Shown here: piece after piece, positions 47,553 through 56,676 of the stretch
Layout of the letters: each line of letters begins with the position of its first letter
Numbering within the stretch: position 1 is the first letter of the stretch
Origin: Bacillota bacterium
Lineage (GTDB): Bacteria; Bacillota; Desulfotomaculia; Desulfotomaculales; Nap2-2B
Length of the DNA: 64,000 nucleotides
NCBI GenBank assembly: GCA_040755975.1
Contig: JBFLZY010000006.1
Coordinates: 10,078 to 74,077 of the forward strand
Reading direction: 5' to 3'
Translations under genes and position numbers: made by a program
The notes under the pieces: generated by a model
Databases searched by the model: none
Seen by the model: the letters and a program-made list of their open reading frames with translations, nothing else
What the model was told of the DNA's origin: nothing

Positions 47553-47591
47553 GCAGGGTGTCTCACCACCAGTGGGACACCCTGCTTTTTT
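47553..47591 (+). terminator. Intrinsic terminator
   Basis: GCAGGGTGTC / GACACCCTGC stem followed by TTTTTT. Confidence 0.8.
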
Positions 47592-47734
47592 ATTTTGGCG
47601 CGGCGCCGGGCCAACTAAACGCAAAGCAAAAGGCGCCTAAGGGACAGGAAAAACCATCGGCACTTTTTTAAAGGGCAGAAAGGAAACAGTTAACTAACTG
47701 TCGTATTATATCCATATAATAGCAAAACAGGTAG

Positions 47735-49318
47735 GTGTTAGCAAACGTGAAGAAGGGGTTTTTTATCCTGGCCTTCTTCTTTTCGCTCTACCTTTTTTAT
47801 CTGCAAGGCTCCTCCTGGCCATTTCAGCAAAATAAAACCGACCAGTTGATCTATTTATGCCAGGAGGAGTTCCAGACGCTGGACCCTGCCCGGGCGCAAG
47901 ATTACTCTTCGCTTAAAGTCATCGCCAATATATACGAAGGTCTGGTTAGATTTAAACCGGGTTCATTTGAGGTGGAGCCCTGTCTGGCCACCGGCTGGAA
48001 GGCTTCTCAAGACAAGCTCAACTGGACATTCAAACTTCGACCGGGGGTAACCTTCCACGACGGGACGCCCTTTGACGCCGCTGCCGTCAAATATAGCTTC
48101 GACCGGCAAATAAACAATTTGACGGCAAATACTTCCATGGTCTTTGGCATGGTTGAATCGATCCAGGTTCTTGACCGGCTTACCGTTCGTTTTAAGCTTA
48201 AATTTCCTTACGCGCCCTTTTTAAACAATCTGGCCCTGCCTTTCGTCACCCCCATCGTCAGCCCGGCGGCCCAAAAAGACGGGGGCGATCCAGCGCTGCA
48301 GCCCGCGGGCACCGGGCCGTACATGCTGGAAAAACGGGAGCAGGAACGGGAAATCATTTTAAAGGAAAATCCGCTTTACTGGGGTGAAAAACCGGCCCTG
48401 AAGAAAATTATCTTCCGGACGGAAAGCGACGCAGCCAAAAGAAAGCGGCTCATTTTAAGCGGGAGGGCGGACGTGATCGATGCCGCTCCGGAAGACATTC
48501 CTGCTCTCGAAAACAAGGGCATCAAGATCTGGCGCGTTCCCGGCGCAGATATAAGCTACCTCGGCTTTTACACAAATAAAAAACCCTTTCAGGACCCCGG
48601 GGTGAGGCAGGCCGCCTGCCGCGCCATCGACCAGCCGCGCTTGCTTCAGGAACTGTTCGGGGAAAATGCAATTCCGGCCAAAGGCCCGCTGCCTCCGGGA
48701 ATCCTTGGGCACGCGCAAGAACTCCGGCAGCTTCCCTATGACCCGCAGGAGAGCCGCCGCCTGCTGGCCGCCGCCGGCTATCCCCGGGGTCTGCCGATAA
48801 CCATTATCACCTACGCCGGGGAGCGCCCCTATAATCCGGCGGGAGGGGAAAAACTGGCCCGGGCGCTGGCAAAACAACTCGCCGGAGCCGGTTTTAAAAC
48901 CAGAGTTGTTGTCCACCCGTGGGAAAAATTTAAAAAAGCCCTTCTCGATCAGGAAGGCGACGCCTTCTTATACGGCTGGATCAGCGATAACGGCGACCCC
49001 GACAACTTTCTCTACACTTTATTTTCCTCCGCCCAGATCACCACCGGACTAAACGCCACCCGTTACCACAACCAGAGGATCGATACGCTGCTCATTACGG
49101 CCCAAAGAACTCCGGACCCCATTTTACGCGCCCGCCTGTACCAGGATATTCAAAAGCAACTTTTGCAAGAAACGCCCGCCTTCTTTATCAACCACAGTCT
49201 TCTGGCCGTCGCCGCATCCCCGGCGGTTTCCGATTTGACGCTTCACCCGGGCGGCTTCATTTATTTCCAGAACGCAAAAAAGCAAAACCGCAATAAATTT
49301 TCCCCAAACAACGAATAA
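47735..49318 (+). CDS. ABC transporter substrate-binding protein, family 5 (peptide/nickel type)
   Basis: 527 aa with N-terminal signal/TM segment; family-5 SBP pattern (LVRF..G...P.LA..W, TF.LR.GV.FHDG.PF). Confidence 0.8.
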   Translation: MLANVKKGFFILAFFFSLYLFYLQGSSWPFQQNKTDQLIYLCQEEFQTLDPARAQDYSSLKVIANIYEGLVRFKPGSFEVEPCLATGWKASQDKLNWTFKLRPGVTFHDGTPFDAAAVKYSFDRQINNLTANTSMVFGMVESIQVLDRLTVRFKLKFPYAPFLNNLALPFVTPIVSPAAQKDGGDPALQPAGTGPYMLEKREQEREIILKENPLYWGEKPALKKIIFRTESDAAKRKRLILSGRADVIDAAPEDIPALENKGIKIWRVPGADISYLGFYTNKKPFQDPGVRQAACRAIDQPRLLQELFGENAIPAKGPLPPGILGHAQELRQLPYDPQESRRLLAAAGYPRGLPITIITYAGERPYNPAGGEKLARALAKQLAGAGFKTRVVVHPWEKFKKALLDQEGDAFLYGWISDNGDPDNFLYTLFSSAQITTGLNATRYHNQRIDTLLITAQRTPDPILRARLYQDIQKQLLQETPAFFINHSLLAVAASPAVSDLTLHPGGFIYFQNAKKQNRNKFSPNNE

Positions 49319-49374
49319 TTACCCGTTTTGTGGATATGCTAAAAAAAGCAAAAATATGGCAAGGAGGAAAAAGT

Positions 49375-50265
49375 ATGGTTAACCAACTCCAGCAACAACT
49401 CCAACGTTTGCGCGACGAAGTTAACTCTATCTCGCAACTGGCCGCCCAGCTGCAACAGGCCGAGCAAAACAACTCGGCGCAACTGCAGCAACTCCAGCAA
49501 AAAGAAGTTTTTGCCGCCCAAAACCTGCAGCGCATCCAGTACCTGGCCAGCCGGCTCCACCAGGACATCACGCAGGCCAGCAACATGGCGCAACAGTTAA
49601 CCGGCGCGTCCACCTTCCCGCAGGCCCAGGCGACTTACCAGTACGCCGCGCCTACCGGCTATGCACCGTTCCAGTACCAGCCGGCAACCGCCCAAACTGG
49701 TTGGGGCGCGCAGCCTTTCGCGGGGCAAACCGCCTGGGGAGGACAACAAACCGGTACCTTTCAAAGAGGCTTCGGAGCTCAATACGGTTACGGCGCCGGG
49801 CAGCTGGAAACCGGCGCCCAATACGGCGCTCCCGTTACGGGATGGTCCGCCCAGTATAGCCCGCACCAGGTCAGCCCGACGACTCAGTACACGGCCGGCC
49901 AGATCAGTCCCGCTGCGCAATACGGCACAGCCCGGCAGGGCGGCTGGACGACCCAATATACGACCACACCCGGACAGTGGAGCGCGACCCAGAGAAGCGA
50001 AGCGCAAATCGGCCAGGGCACGGAAAATCAATTAATCTGGTCCGGTCAGGCGCAGGCAGGCTGGGGCGGCGGTCAGGCGCAGCCCGGTTGGACCGCTCAG
50101 GGGGGCGGCCAGACCCAGACGGGTTGGAGTGGCCAGTGGGGCACCCAGACCGGCCAGCTTACCCAGTACGGCGCTACTGGAGCAGAAATGGGCTACGGGC
50201 AGGGTTTAGGCCGGACCGGCTTTGAAAGCGCCCAGTACGGCGGCCAGTTCTTGGGGCAGCGCTAG
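49375..50265 (+). CDS. Low-complexity protein: Q-rich coiled-coil N-terminus plus Q/G/T/W/Y-rich repeat region
   Basis: ATG 49375 after AAGGAGG; QLQQQLQRLRDEV...QLQQLQQ followed by GW/QY-type degenerate repeats. Confidence 0.55.
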   Translation: MVNQLQQQLQRLRDEVNSISQLAAQLQQAEQNNSAQLQQLQQKEVFAAQNLQRIQYLASRLHQDITQASNMAQQLTGASTFPQAQATYQYAAPTGYAPFQYQPATAQTGWGAQPFAGQTAWGGQQTGTFQRGFGAQYGYGAGQLETGAQYGAPVTGWSAQYSPHQVSPTTQYTAGQISPAAQYGTARQGGWTTQYTTTPGQWSATQRSEAQIGQGTENQLIWSGQAQAGWGGGQAQPGWTAQGGGQTQTGWSGQWGTQTGQLTQYGATGAEMGYGQGLGRTGFESAQYGGQFLGQR

Positions 50266-50358
50266 GAAGCCGCCTGCCCCTCTCCCGCCGTCGCCGCCCT
50301 TATACTCCCGGAAAACAGCAAGGGCAACTTGCCGGACAAGGCGATAGGGCATAAGTTA

Positions 50359-50395
50359 ATGAGGACCGCGGTTATGCCGCCGGCCCTCATTTTTT
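50359..50395 (+). terminator. Intrinsic terminator
   Basis: ATGAGG..CCTCAT stem with a GC-rich interior, followed by TTTTT. Confidence 0.6.
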
Positions 50396-50482
50396 CGGCC
50401 AGCAAAAAAAGACAACATTCACCTCTTAACATATTATACCAATTATAGTATAATTAAACAAAATCATGCGAGGTGGTCTGCT

Positions 50483-50725
50483 TTGGCAAAGGTTTTGCGG
50501 GAAGGGGCTTCCTACAACCAGCGCGAAGTCCTTGATTTGCTGGTAGAATTCTCCGGGTTCAAAGACCGGGTGCAAAAGAAATTCAAAGATTTATCGCGGG
50601 AACTGGAAGGCAAGCCGAACGAACACGAATTGTGGGTTAACCTTTACCTGGTGTCCGCTGATTACGCCGAGGAGCTGGCCATCAAAAAACAAAAGCAGGA
50701 GGCCCTGATGCAAAAGGCATCTTAA
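50483..50725 (+). CDS. Small hypothetical protein
   Basis: 80-aa ORF with a TTG start after GAGGTGG. Confidence 0.35.
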   Translation: MAKVLREGASYNQREVLDLLVEFSGFKDRVQKKFKDLSRELEGKPNEHELWVNLYLVSADYAEELAIKKQKQEALMQKAS

Positions 50726-50829
50726 AAACCTGACGCGCGAAACCATTACCCACGTGGAACCACTATCTACCCTTGCCACTGAGCTGCCCATGTGATATAA
50801 TTAATGGCGTGATAGATTTGAATTGGTAC

Positions 50830-50905
50830 GGGGGCATAGCTCAGCTGGGAGAGCGCTAGAATCGCACTCTAGAGGTCGGGGGTTCGAGTCCCCTTGCCTC
50901 CACCA
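50830..50905 (+). tRNA. tRNA-Ala (anticodon CGC)
   Basis: Hand-folded cloverleaf: acceptor GGGGGCA/TGCCTCC with the G3:U70 Ala identity pair, anticodon loop ATCGCAC, T-loop TTCGAGT, encoded CCA. Confidence 0.95.
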
Positions 50906-50952
50906 GGAATGACAAGGGTTTGCGGGATCGGAGATTTACACTTAAAAGAAAA

Positions 50953-50974
50953 TTTACCCTTATTTTACCCTTAT
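50953..50974 (+). repeat. Tandem 11-mer TTTACCCTTAT x2 between the tRNA and the integrase gene (candidate arm-type sites)
   Basis: tttacccttattttacccttat read directly. Confidence 0.6.
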
Positions 50975-50981
50975 CGGATTC

Positions 50982-52202
50982 TCAGGCTTCCGTTGCGGAA
51001 GCTCCTTTTTTTCTCCTGAAAAGTTCGTTCAGCCTAGCCGCTGCTTTCTTCTTCAGTTCTGGGTCAACGTGGCTGTAGGTGTCAATCGTGGTGGTAATCT
51101 TTGCGTGACCTAAAAGTTCCTGCACTACCTTTGGGTGTTCGTTCAGCTCCAAAAGCCGGGTGGCGAAGGTATGACGCAAATCGTGGAATCTGGTTTTTGG
51201 TATTCCCGCCCGCCTTAAAAGCCTTTCAAATTTGCGGGTGAAATTCCGGGGGTCAAGGGGTTTGCCGTCCTCCAGGCAAAACACCAGGTTTTCATTGTGG
51301 TAATTCTGGCCGAAAAACAACCGTCCCTCGTTCTGTCGGGTCTTGTGGGCCTTTAGTTCTTTTAGAATGTCCTCCGGGATTGGGATTATACGCTTTGAAG
51401 ATTTTGTTTTTGGATCAAGGTAATCAAGCCTGGTTTTCCTCCCGCCGTTTTTGGAAGGGTCGTCAACCTTAACCCTGGCAAGCGATTCTTTCACGGCAAG
51501 GACGCCGTTCTTTAAGTCTACGTTGTCCCACTTTAAGGCCAGCAGCTCCCCGCGCCTTAAGCCTGTTCCTAATTCCAAAAGAAAGGCAGCATATAACCTG
51601 TCTTGTTCGGCCAGACTTAAAAACTTGTCCATCTCCTCCGGCTTTAAGGGCCGCATTTCCCTTTCCTCTTTTTCCGGTAAATTAACTGCCTCAGCTACAT
51701 TGCGGTAAATAAGCTGCTCTTTAACGGCTTGCTTCAACGCTTCATGGATTACCGCATGCATATAGCGAACGTAATCTGGAGATAGGCCGCCTTTGCCGTC
51801 CACCCTGCCTTTCTCCAGCTTTTCTTTGTACAGTTTTTGGAGTTCGCCCGTCTGTAGCTTGTTCAGGGGAATATTACCAATCGCCGGCTTAATATGGCAG
51901 CGAATTAGCGTTTCATATCCCGCCCAGGTGGTGGGCTTTAGCTTCAGCTTTTTATAATCGGCAAGCCATTTATCCAGCCACTGGCCTACCGTCACCTTGT
52001 GGGGTTCAATGAAGGCGCCCGTGGCCTGTTCGTTAACCGCCTTCGCCAGCCAGTCCCTGGCGTCCTCCCGCTTCTTGAAATACTTGCTGATTTGCTTTTG
52101 CCTGCCCGTGGCCGGATCATAACCTACCGTAATCCGGGCCTCCCATAAACCGTCTTTCTTGCGCTTGCGAATGGTTCCCTCCCCGTGGCCGCGTTTAGCC
52201 AT
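50982..52202 (-). CDS. Tyrosine-type site-specific integrase (phage integrase family)
   Basis: N-terminal MAKRGHGEGTIRKRKKDGLWEARI (SAM-like/arm-binding), catalytic region RFHDLRHTFATRLL...LGHAKITTTIDTYSH. Confidence 0.9.
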   Translation of the reverse strand: MAKRGHGEGTIRKRKKDGLWEARITVGYDPATGRQKQISKYFKKREDARDWLAKAVNEQATGAFIEPHKVTVGQWLDKWLADYKKLKLKPTTWAGYETLIRCHIKPAIGNIPLNKLQTGELQKLYKEKLEKGRVDGKGGLSPDYVRYMHAVIHEALKQAVKEQLIYRNVAEAVNLPEKEEREMRPLKPEEMDKFLSLAEQDRLYAAFLLELGTGLRRGELLALKWDNVDLKNGVLAVKESLARVKVDDPSKNGGRKTRLDYLDPKTKSSKRIIPIPEDILKELKAHKTRQNEGRLFFGQNYHNENLVFCLEDGKPLDPRNFTRKFERLLRRAGIPKTRFHDLRHTFATRLLELNEHPKVVQELLGHAKITTTIDTYSHVDPELKKKAAARLNELFRRKKGASATEA

Positions 52203-52362
52203 CCCTCTTGCCCCCCTTCCTGGCCTTTTCCCTCTCAATATACTCATTCACCGCGATGACCACCAATTTCCCCAAGGACAAACCCATCAGCGCCGCTTCC
52301 GCCTTGGCCTTCCTGTGCCATTCAATTGGCACCCGGACGCAAAACTTGTGTTCCTCGGCCAT
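52195..52362 (-). CDS. Small ribbon-helix-helix-like protein (possible excisionase/regulator)
   Basis: ATG 52362 after GGCAGGAGGTG; MAEEHKFCVRVPIEWHRKAKAEAALMGLSLGKLVVIAVNEYIERE; overlaps the integrase start by 8 nt. Confidence 0.5.
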   Translation of the reverse strand: MAEEHKFCVRVPIEWHRKAKAEAALMGLSLGKLVVIAVNEYIEREKARKGGKRDG

Positions 52363-52550
52363 AAAAAAACACCTCCTGCCAATATTGTATGAAAAGCTAG
52401 ATTGTATGTCAAGCATTATTTTCTTCCGGAGGAAATATATTGCCGTCCATCATTTCCCTCCTAATTTTCTAAAACTAAGACGAATCAAAAAAAATCGATG
52501 TTCCATTATCTTAGAAGAAAAATTCGATATATCGAAATTCTATTTTGATA

Positions 52551-52583
52551 GAAAAAACCTTCCTGGAAAACTCCAGGAAGGTT
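52551..52583 (-). terminator. Intrinsic terminator downstream of the signal-peptidase fusion gene
   Basis: ACCTTCCTGG / CCAGGAAGGT stem with a T-run on the minus strand. Confidence 0.75.
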
Positions 52584-52598
52584 TGTGAGTCACTTACA

Positions 52599-55001
52599 TT
52601 AACGACTTTCAACTCTAATGCTCTGGGTTTTATCATCCCATTCTACATAAAAACCCAACGCTTCCCCTATAAACCGCAAGGGCACCATTGTTGTTCCGTG
52701 AATAATGAAAGGTTCTGTGTCCATGAATCGTTCTTCCCCATTTAAAAGTAAGCGTTTCTGTCCCATTCTAAGAGCAACAGCGCGTTCGCCACGCAAATAG
52801 GTTATTTTATAATCAACCGGGTCCCAATCAATAGTGGCGCCCATTGCTTCACCGATAAAGCGAAGAGGTACCATCGTCCGGCCATCTTTAATAAGCGGGG
52901 CCACAATGAGCGTCTTCGTTTCCCCGTTAACCACCGCTTGCTGTTTGCCGATGGTGAGGGTAATTATAACCCGCATTTCTGTTGGCGTGGCAGAAACTTC
53001 ATTGGAAGGCGGGCTAAGTGTTCCGTCCGTGTAAAGGGCACGGATGACATAATAATAGGTCTGGCCGTTTTTAACTGCGTAATCAGTGAATTTTGTTTCT
53101 AACAAGGGAAAGTCGTTGATTCGGTCCGTATTTGTTGCTTTGCCCGGCTCGGTAGCACGATAAACATAGTACCCCTTTAGCGCCTTGCCGGAAGGCGGAG
53201 TATGAAGTTGCCAGCTAAGAGATACGTAGCCGATACCGGCAGTTGCAGATAAACCCGTGGGCGGGGATATGATTTCAGCCGATTGCCGAGGCAAGGTCGG
53301 AAGTGTTACCTCTATAGGCTTCGGTAGATGAATCTCTTGAGTTGACTGTGATCTGACCACTACCTGGATTGGTTCACTTGTAGCTCCATGATAACCAGCC
53401 GTTATATTGGCGGTACCAGGCTTTAAGGCGCGAAATGAAGCGGTTAATCCGGTTGTTTTGTTTTCTTTTACGGAATCAAATACTACGATAGCCGGGTCAC
53501 AATTGAGAATAAGACTGCCACTGTCAAATGTTATTGATCCCCTCATTCCCGGAACATAAAAAGCACCAATTTCTAAAGTACCGGTTTCCCCAACATCAAG
53601 CTCTATTCTTTTTGGATAAAGGTTGACTTCTCTTTTTAACCCTGCTGTTTCTACCCAAATAAACATCCTATCGCGGGCGTGGGGGTATTGCTTATGAATT
53701 ACCTCGATCTTGGCAGTACCGGTCTTAAGTGCCTTTATCCCTTTAACACTGGGATGACCTGGCAAACCAGAATCAGTATATATTACTTGTACTACCTCAG
53801 GATCATCAACTAACCAATCACATTCCTCAGTAAAGCATGGATAGCCATGTTCCCCAAGATAAAGAGTCCCTGCACTTACACTGTAAACCTCCCCCGGATA
53901 TAAACTACAAGAATCTACCATTTCCAAATCGGCGTGCTCTGGTAAGTCACCACTATTTTGAAGCCCATCTCTTGGTGATTCTCCCCTTTCAGTTGAATTC
54001 CTGCCGGGTAAAGGTTGCTCTGAACTGCCCCTTCGCACGGGAACAGAAATAGAGACTTCCTGAGATGAAGGCGTAAAACTGCCATCTTTGTAAATCGCTC
54101 TCACAGCGTAATAGTATGTTACGCCCGGTTCAACGTTATAATCATCATATACAACAATGTTTCCGTAGATTTGATAAATACCATCGGACGATCCGATGAT
54201 TTCTCCATTTGCTGCCTTGCCAGGCTCTTTGCTTCTCTGAACTATATAAGTTTTAACATTCTCGTCGCGTTTCCACCTCAGCATAACATAATCGGCAGCA
54301 CCATTGACAATATCTGCGGTAAGCCCTTGAGGAGCAAGTAAAGCCTGGTCAATTAGGCGTCGGGCGCGGGAAAGAGGAGAGTAGATGGCAATCGCCTTTC
54401 CAATAACATTACTTACCGGTAGGGGGCCCCAATATCGACTATCCTCACTGTTATTACGGTTATCCCCAAGCACAAAAAGATAACCGTTTGGTACTTTAAC
54501 AGGGCCAAAATTTCCTGTATTATGCTTGATGTAAGGTTCCTCGAGACAATTACCATCAATATATACTTTTCCGTTCCGTATTTGGACGGTTTCCCCACCG
54601 ATTGCAATAACCCGCTTAACGAAGGTTTTCTTTGGATCACGCGGATATTTAAATGCTATAATATCCCCTCTTGACGGAGAAGTATTAAGATAGGAAAGCT
54701 TGCTTACCAATATCCGGTCTCCCTGGAGTAGAGTTGGTTCCATAGAACCACTCGGAACATAGAAAGGTTCGATTATTCCTTCTCTGATAAGCCAGGCAGC
54801 AACTACTCCAGTGATAACGTCACCGATAAAAGCATAGGCAGGTTGAATTTCGTATCTGTCTTCCGTTAAGTAAACATCCAAGCTATTTTCAGAAGAAGAA
54901 TCTCCTACGTAGCTTGCCGATGCTGAGGCAGCAGGCGGCATGGTTGTTAGAAAAAGCGCCAATAACAAAACTAAAGCCATTATCTTCCGGAAGATAAACA
55001 T
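52599..55001 (-). CDS. Signal peptidase I (S26) fused to FN3-like, Big-like and copper-amine-oxidase-N-terminal-like domains
   Basis: S26 motifs VPSGSMEPTL and VLGDNRNNSEDSRYWGP in the N-terminal third. FN3-like YYYAVRA / YYYVIRA segments follow. C-terminal MVPLRFIGEA(M/L)G repeats. Start ATG 55001 after AAGGGGG. Confidence 0.8.
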   Translation of the reverse strand: MFIFRKIMALVLLLALFLTTMPPAASASASYVGDSSSENSLDVYLTEDRYEIQPAYAFIGDVITGVVAAWLIREGIIEPFYVPSGSMEPTLLQGDRILVSKLSYLNTSPSRGDIIAFKYPRDPKKTFVKRVIAIGGETVQIRNGKVYIDGNCLEEPYIKHNTGNFGPVKVPNGYLFVLGDNRNNSEDSRYWGPLPVSNVIGKAIAIYSPLSRARRLIDQALLAPQGLTADIVNGAADYVMLRWKRDENVKTYIVQRSKEPGKAANGEIIGSSDGIYQIYGNIVVYDDYNVEPGVTYYYAVRAIYKDGSFTPSSQEVSISVPVRRGSSEQPLPGRNSTERGESPRDGLQNSGDLPEHADLEMVDSCSLYPGEVYSVSAGTLYLGEHGYPCFTEECDWLVDDPEVVQVIYTDSGLPGHPSVKGIKALKTGTAKIEVIHKQYPHARDRMFIWVETAGLKREVNLYPKRIELDVGETGTLEIGAFYVPGMRGSITFDSGSLILNCDPAIVVFDSVKENKTTGLTASFRALKPGTANITAGYHGATSEPIQVVVRSQSTQEIHLPKPIEVTLPTLPRQSAEIISPPTGLSATAGIGYVSLSWQLHTPPSGKALKGYYVYRATEPGKATNTDRINDFPLLETKFTDYAVKNGQTYYYVIRALYTDGTLSPPSNEVSATPTEMRVIITLTIGKQQAVVNGETKTLIVAPLIKDGRTMVPLRFIGEAMGATIDWDPVDYKITYLRGERAVALRMGQKRLLLNGEERFMDTEPFIIHGTTMVPLRFIGEALGFYVEWDDKTQSIRVESR

Positions 55002-55105
55002 AAATTTTTGTAACCCCCTTGTTTTAGATTTCGGCTTACTGCCCCTGCAACAGATACCTTCTCTTGACTGACGTAACATATATTCTCTTTTAATCTTCTG
55101 GTTAT

Positions 55106-55363
55106 TTATTTAAGAAGGCTTAATTTCATTTCGCACAATAAATCAAAGTGAATCTCAAATATCCTGTCCAATGGTAAATTCACCCCCGTTATAGTGACAT
55201 TGGGAATTCCATGCCCCCTAAGAAAAGCGTTTAGCCTTTTTTGGATAAGCTGGGCGGCTACCCTCTTTTCTTCTCCTTTTAAGTCGTAGGGGTCTAACCC
55301 CAACTCTAGTTTAAAATTTTTTGCCAATTCTACCTCGGTTAAATGATAATGAATAATACTCAT
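55106..55363 (-). CDS. Hypothetical protein
   Basis: 85-aa ORF divergent from the XRE regulator. Confidence 0.4.
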   Translation of the reverse strand: MSIIHYHLTEVELAKNFKLELGLDPYDLKGEEKRVAAQLIQKRLNAFLRGHGIPNVTITGVNLPLDRIFEIHFDLLCEMKLSLLK

Positions 55364-55426
55364 ACTGTCAAGTTATAATATGAATGAATTTCATAAATTG
55401 TCTTGTGGTATGGAAAAGATTAAGAT

Positions 55427-55771
55427 ATGAATATGAGTAATACAGACTTGAGTAAAATTGGTAGGCAGATAAAGTTCTGGAGAGAACAGAAAGGAATTTC
55501 GGCTAGGTCTCTAGCTGCAAAAGTTAATCTTACCCAATCGGCAATCTCCAAAATCGAAACAGGGGCCAGTGTGCCGTCACTTGCTACGCTAAAACGTATT
55601 TGTGACGTTCTGGATATAAGCCTATCTGATTTTTTTGCTACCACAACTGGCTTTATGGCTTTTCCCGAACACCTCTTCCCTCTCTTGCAGGAAGCTAAAC
55701 ATCTGACACCATTTCAGGCTGAACAATTAGCAAAATTCATCGCTGCTATGAGAGAAGCCCAAACTACCTGA
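55427..55771 (+). CDS. XRE-family helix-turn-helix regulator
   Basis: IGRQIKFWREQKGISARSLAAKVNLTQSAISKIETGASVPSLATLKRICDVLDISLSDFF. Confidence 0.85.
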   Translation: MNMSNTDLSKIGRQIKFWREQKGISARSLAAKVNLTQSAISKIETGASVPSLATLKRICDVLDISLSDFFATTTGFMAFPEHLFPLLQEAKHLTPFQAEQLAKFIAAMREAQTT

Positions 55772-56258
55772 GCCTCAACCTTTTCAGCGATTTGGCAAGC
55801 AGAATGTCGAAGCCCAACTCCTCGGCGTGTTCCATGTAGAAAGTGTAAATGGTCTCGGCCACCCAGAAAGCGAAACTCTCGGGCGTGTCGTCGTAGTCGT
55901 CCGGCCACTTCAGCCGGGCCAAGTCGAAGAGAATCCATAAGCTTGGGTCCAGTTCCACGTCCTGGAAGCGCATTTTGGCCCGGATGGTGGAGCTAACCTT
56001 CGCTCCGGCGGTATTTCCCCCGCTTCCAGGCGTTTTTCCCCCACTCCCAGGCGTTTTCCGGCCGGAAACAGGCTCAAGCAAGCCCAAGGCCCGCGCTTCA
56101 TTAATAGACCCGGCCACTCTTTGGCCTTCACCGTCGAATAACCCCTTGATTGGTGGACACGCGTTGCCTTCAGCTTTGCGCTTCCGCCGGTGAGTTAATA
56201 ACCGCCCATAAAAGCCGTCCACAGGGAACTGTTCACCGCAGCCACAGAGCCAATACAA
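55764..56258 (-). CDS. Hypothetical protein with an internal KTPGSGG tandem repeat
   Basis: 164-aa ORF directly downstream of the AACAGG iteron array; N-terminal Cys cluster CGCG. Confidence 0.45.
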   Translation of the reverse strand: MYWLCGCGEQFPVDGFYGRLLTHRRKRKAEGNACPPIKGLFDGEGQRVAGSINEARALGLLEPVSGRKTPGSGGKTPGSGGNTAGAKVSSTIRAKMRFQDVELDPSLWILFDLARLKWPDDYDDTPESFAFWVAETIYTFYMEHAEELGFDILLAKSLKRLRLR

Positions 56259-56261
56259 TAA

Positions 56262-56520
56262 TTATCCCCCCTGTTAATTTTAACAGGACGTTAGTAAAAA
56301 CAACAGGCGTTTACAACAGGAAAGTTATTGAGTGACTCAACAGGCCTGTCAACAGGATTCACTTACTGAGTCAGCAACAAGACCTGTCAACAGGAAAACT
56401 GCTGAGCGGGCTTGAGTGTTTTAACAGGGGTTGTTGACAAGGGCCTGTTTTGGAACACTCAAGGCACTCAGTCACTCAGTTGCTAAAGCACTCAAGGGCA
56501 CTCACAAGGCCGCCGCTTCC
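56262..56520. repeat. Iteron array 1: at least 8 copies of AACAGG/CCTGTT plus at least 6 copies of CACTCA(A/G)
   Basis: Includes CCTGTTAATTTTAACAGG, CAACAGGCCTGTCAACAGG, CCTGTCAACAGG and ACACTCAAGGCACTCAGTCACTCAG. Confidence 0.8.
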
Positions 56521-56676
56521 ACGTGGGGGTTGTCGGTGAAAAGGGCGTAGCGGGATTCGGACAGGCGCCAGGTTTGGAGCATGGGGGGTCGCCTGCTTAT
56601 GAAAAAATTTTTAAAAAGAAAAATACCGACCAGGTTTTTCCCCAATCGGTACTTTTTAGTTTATTTATTAAATAAT

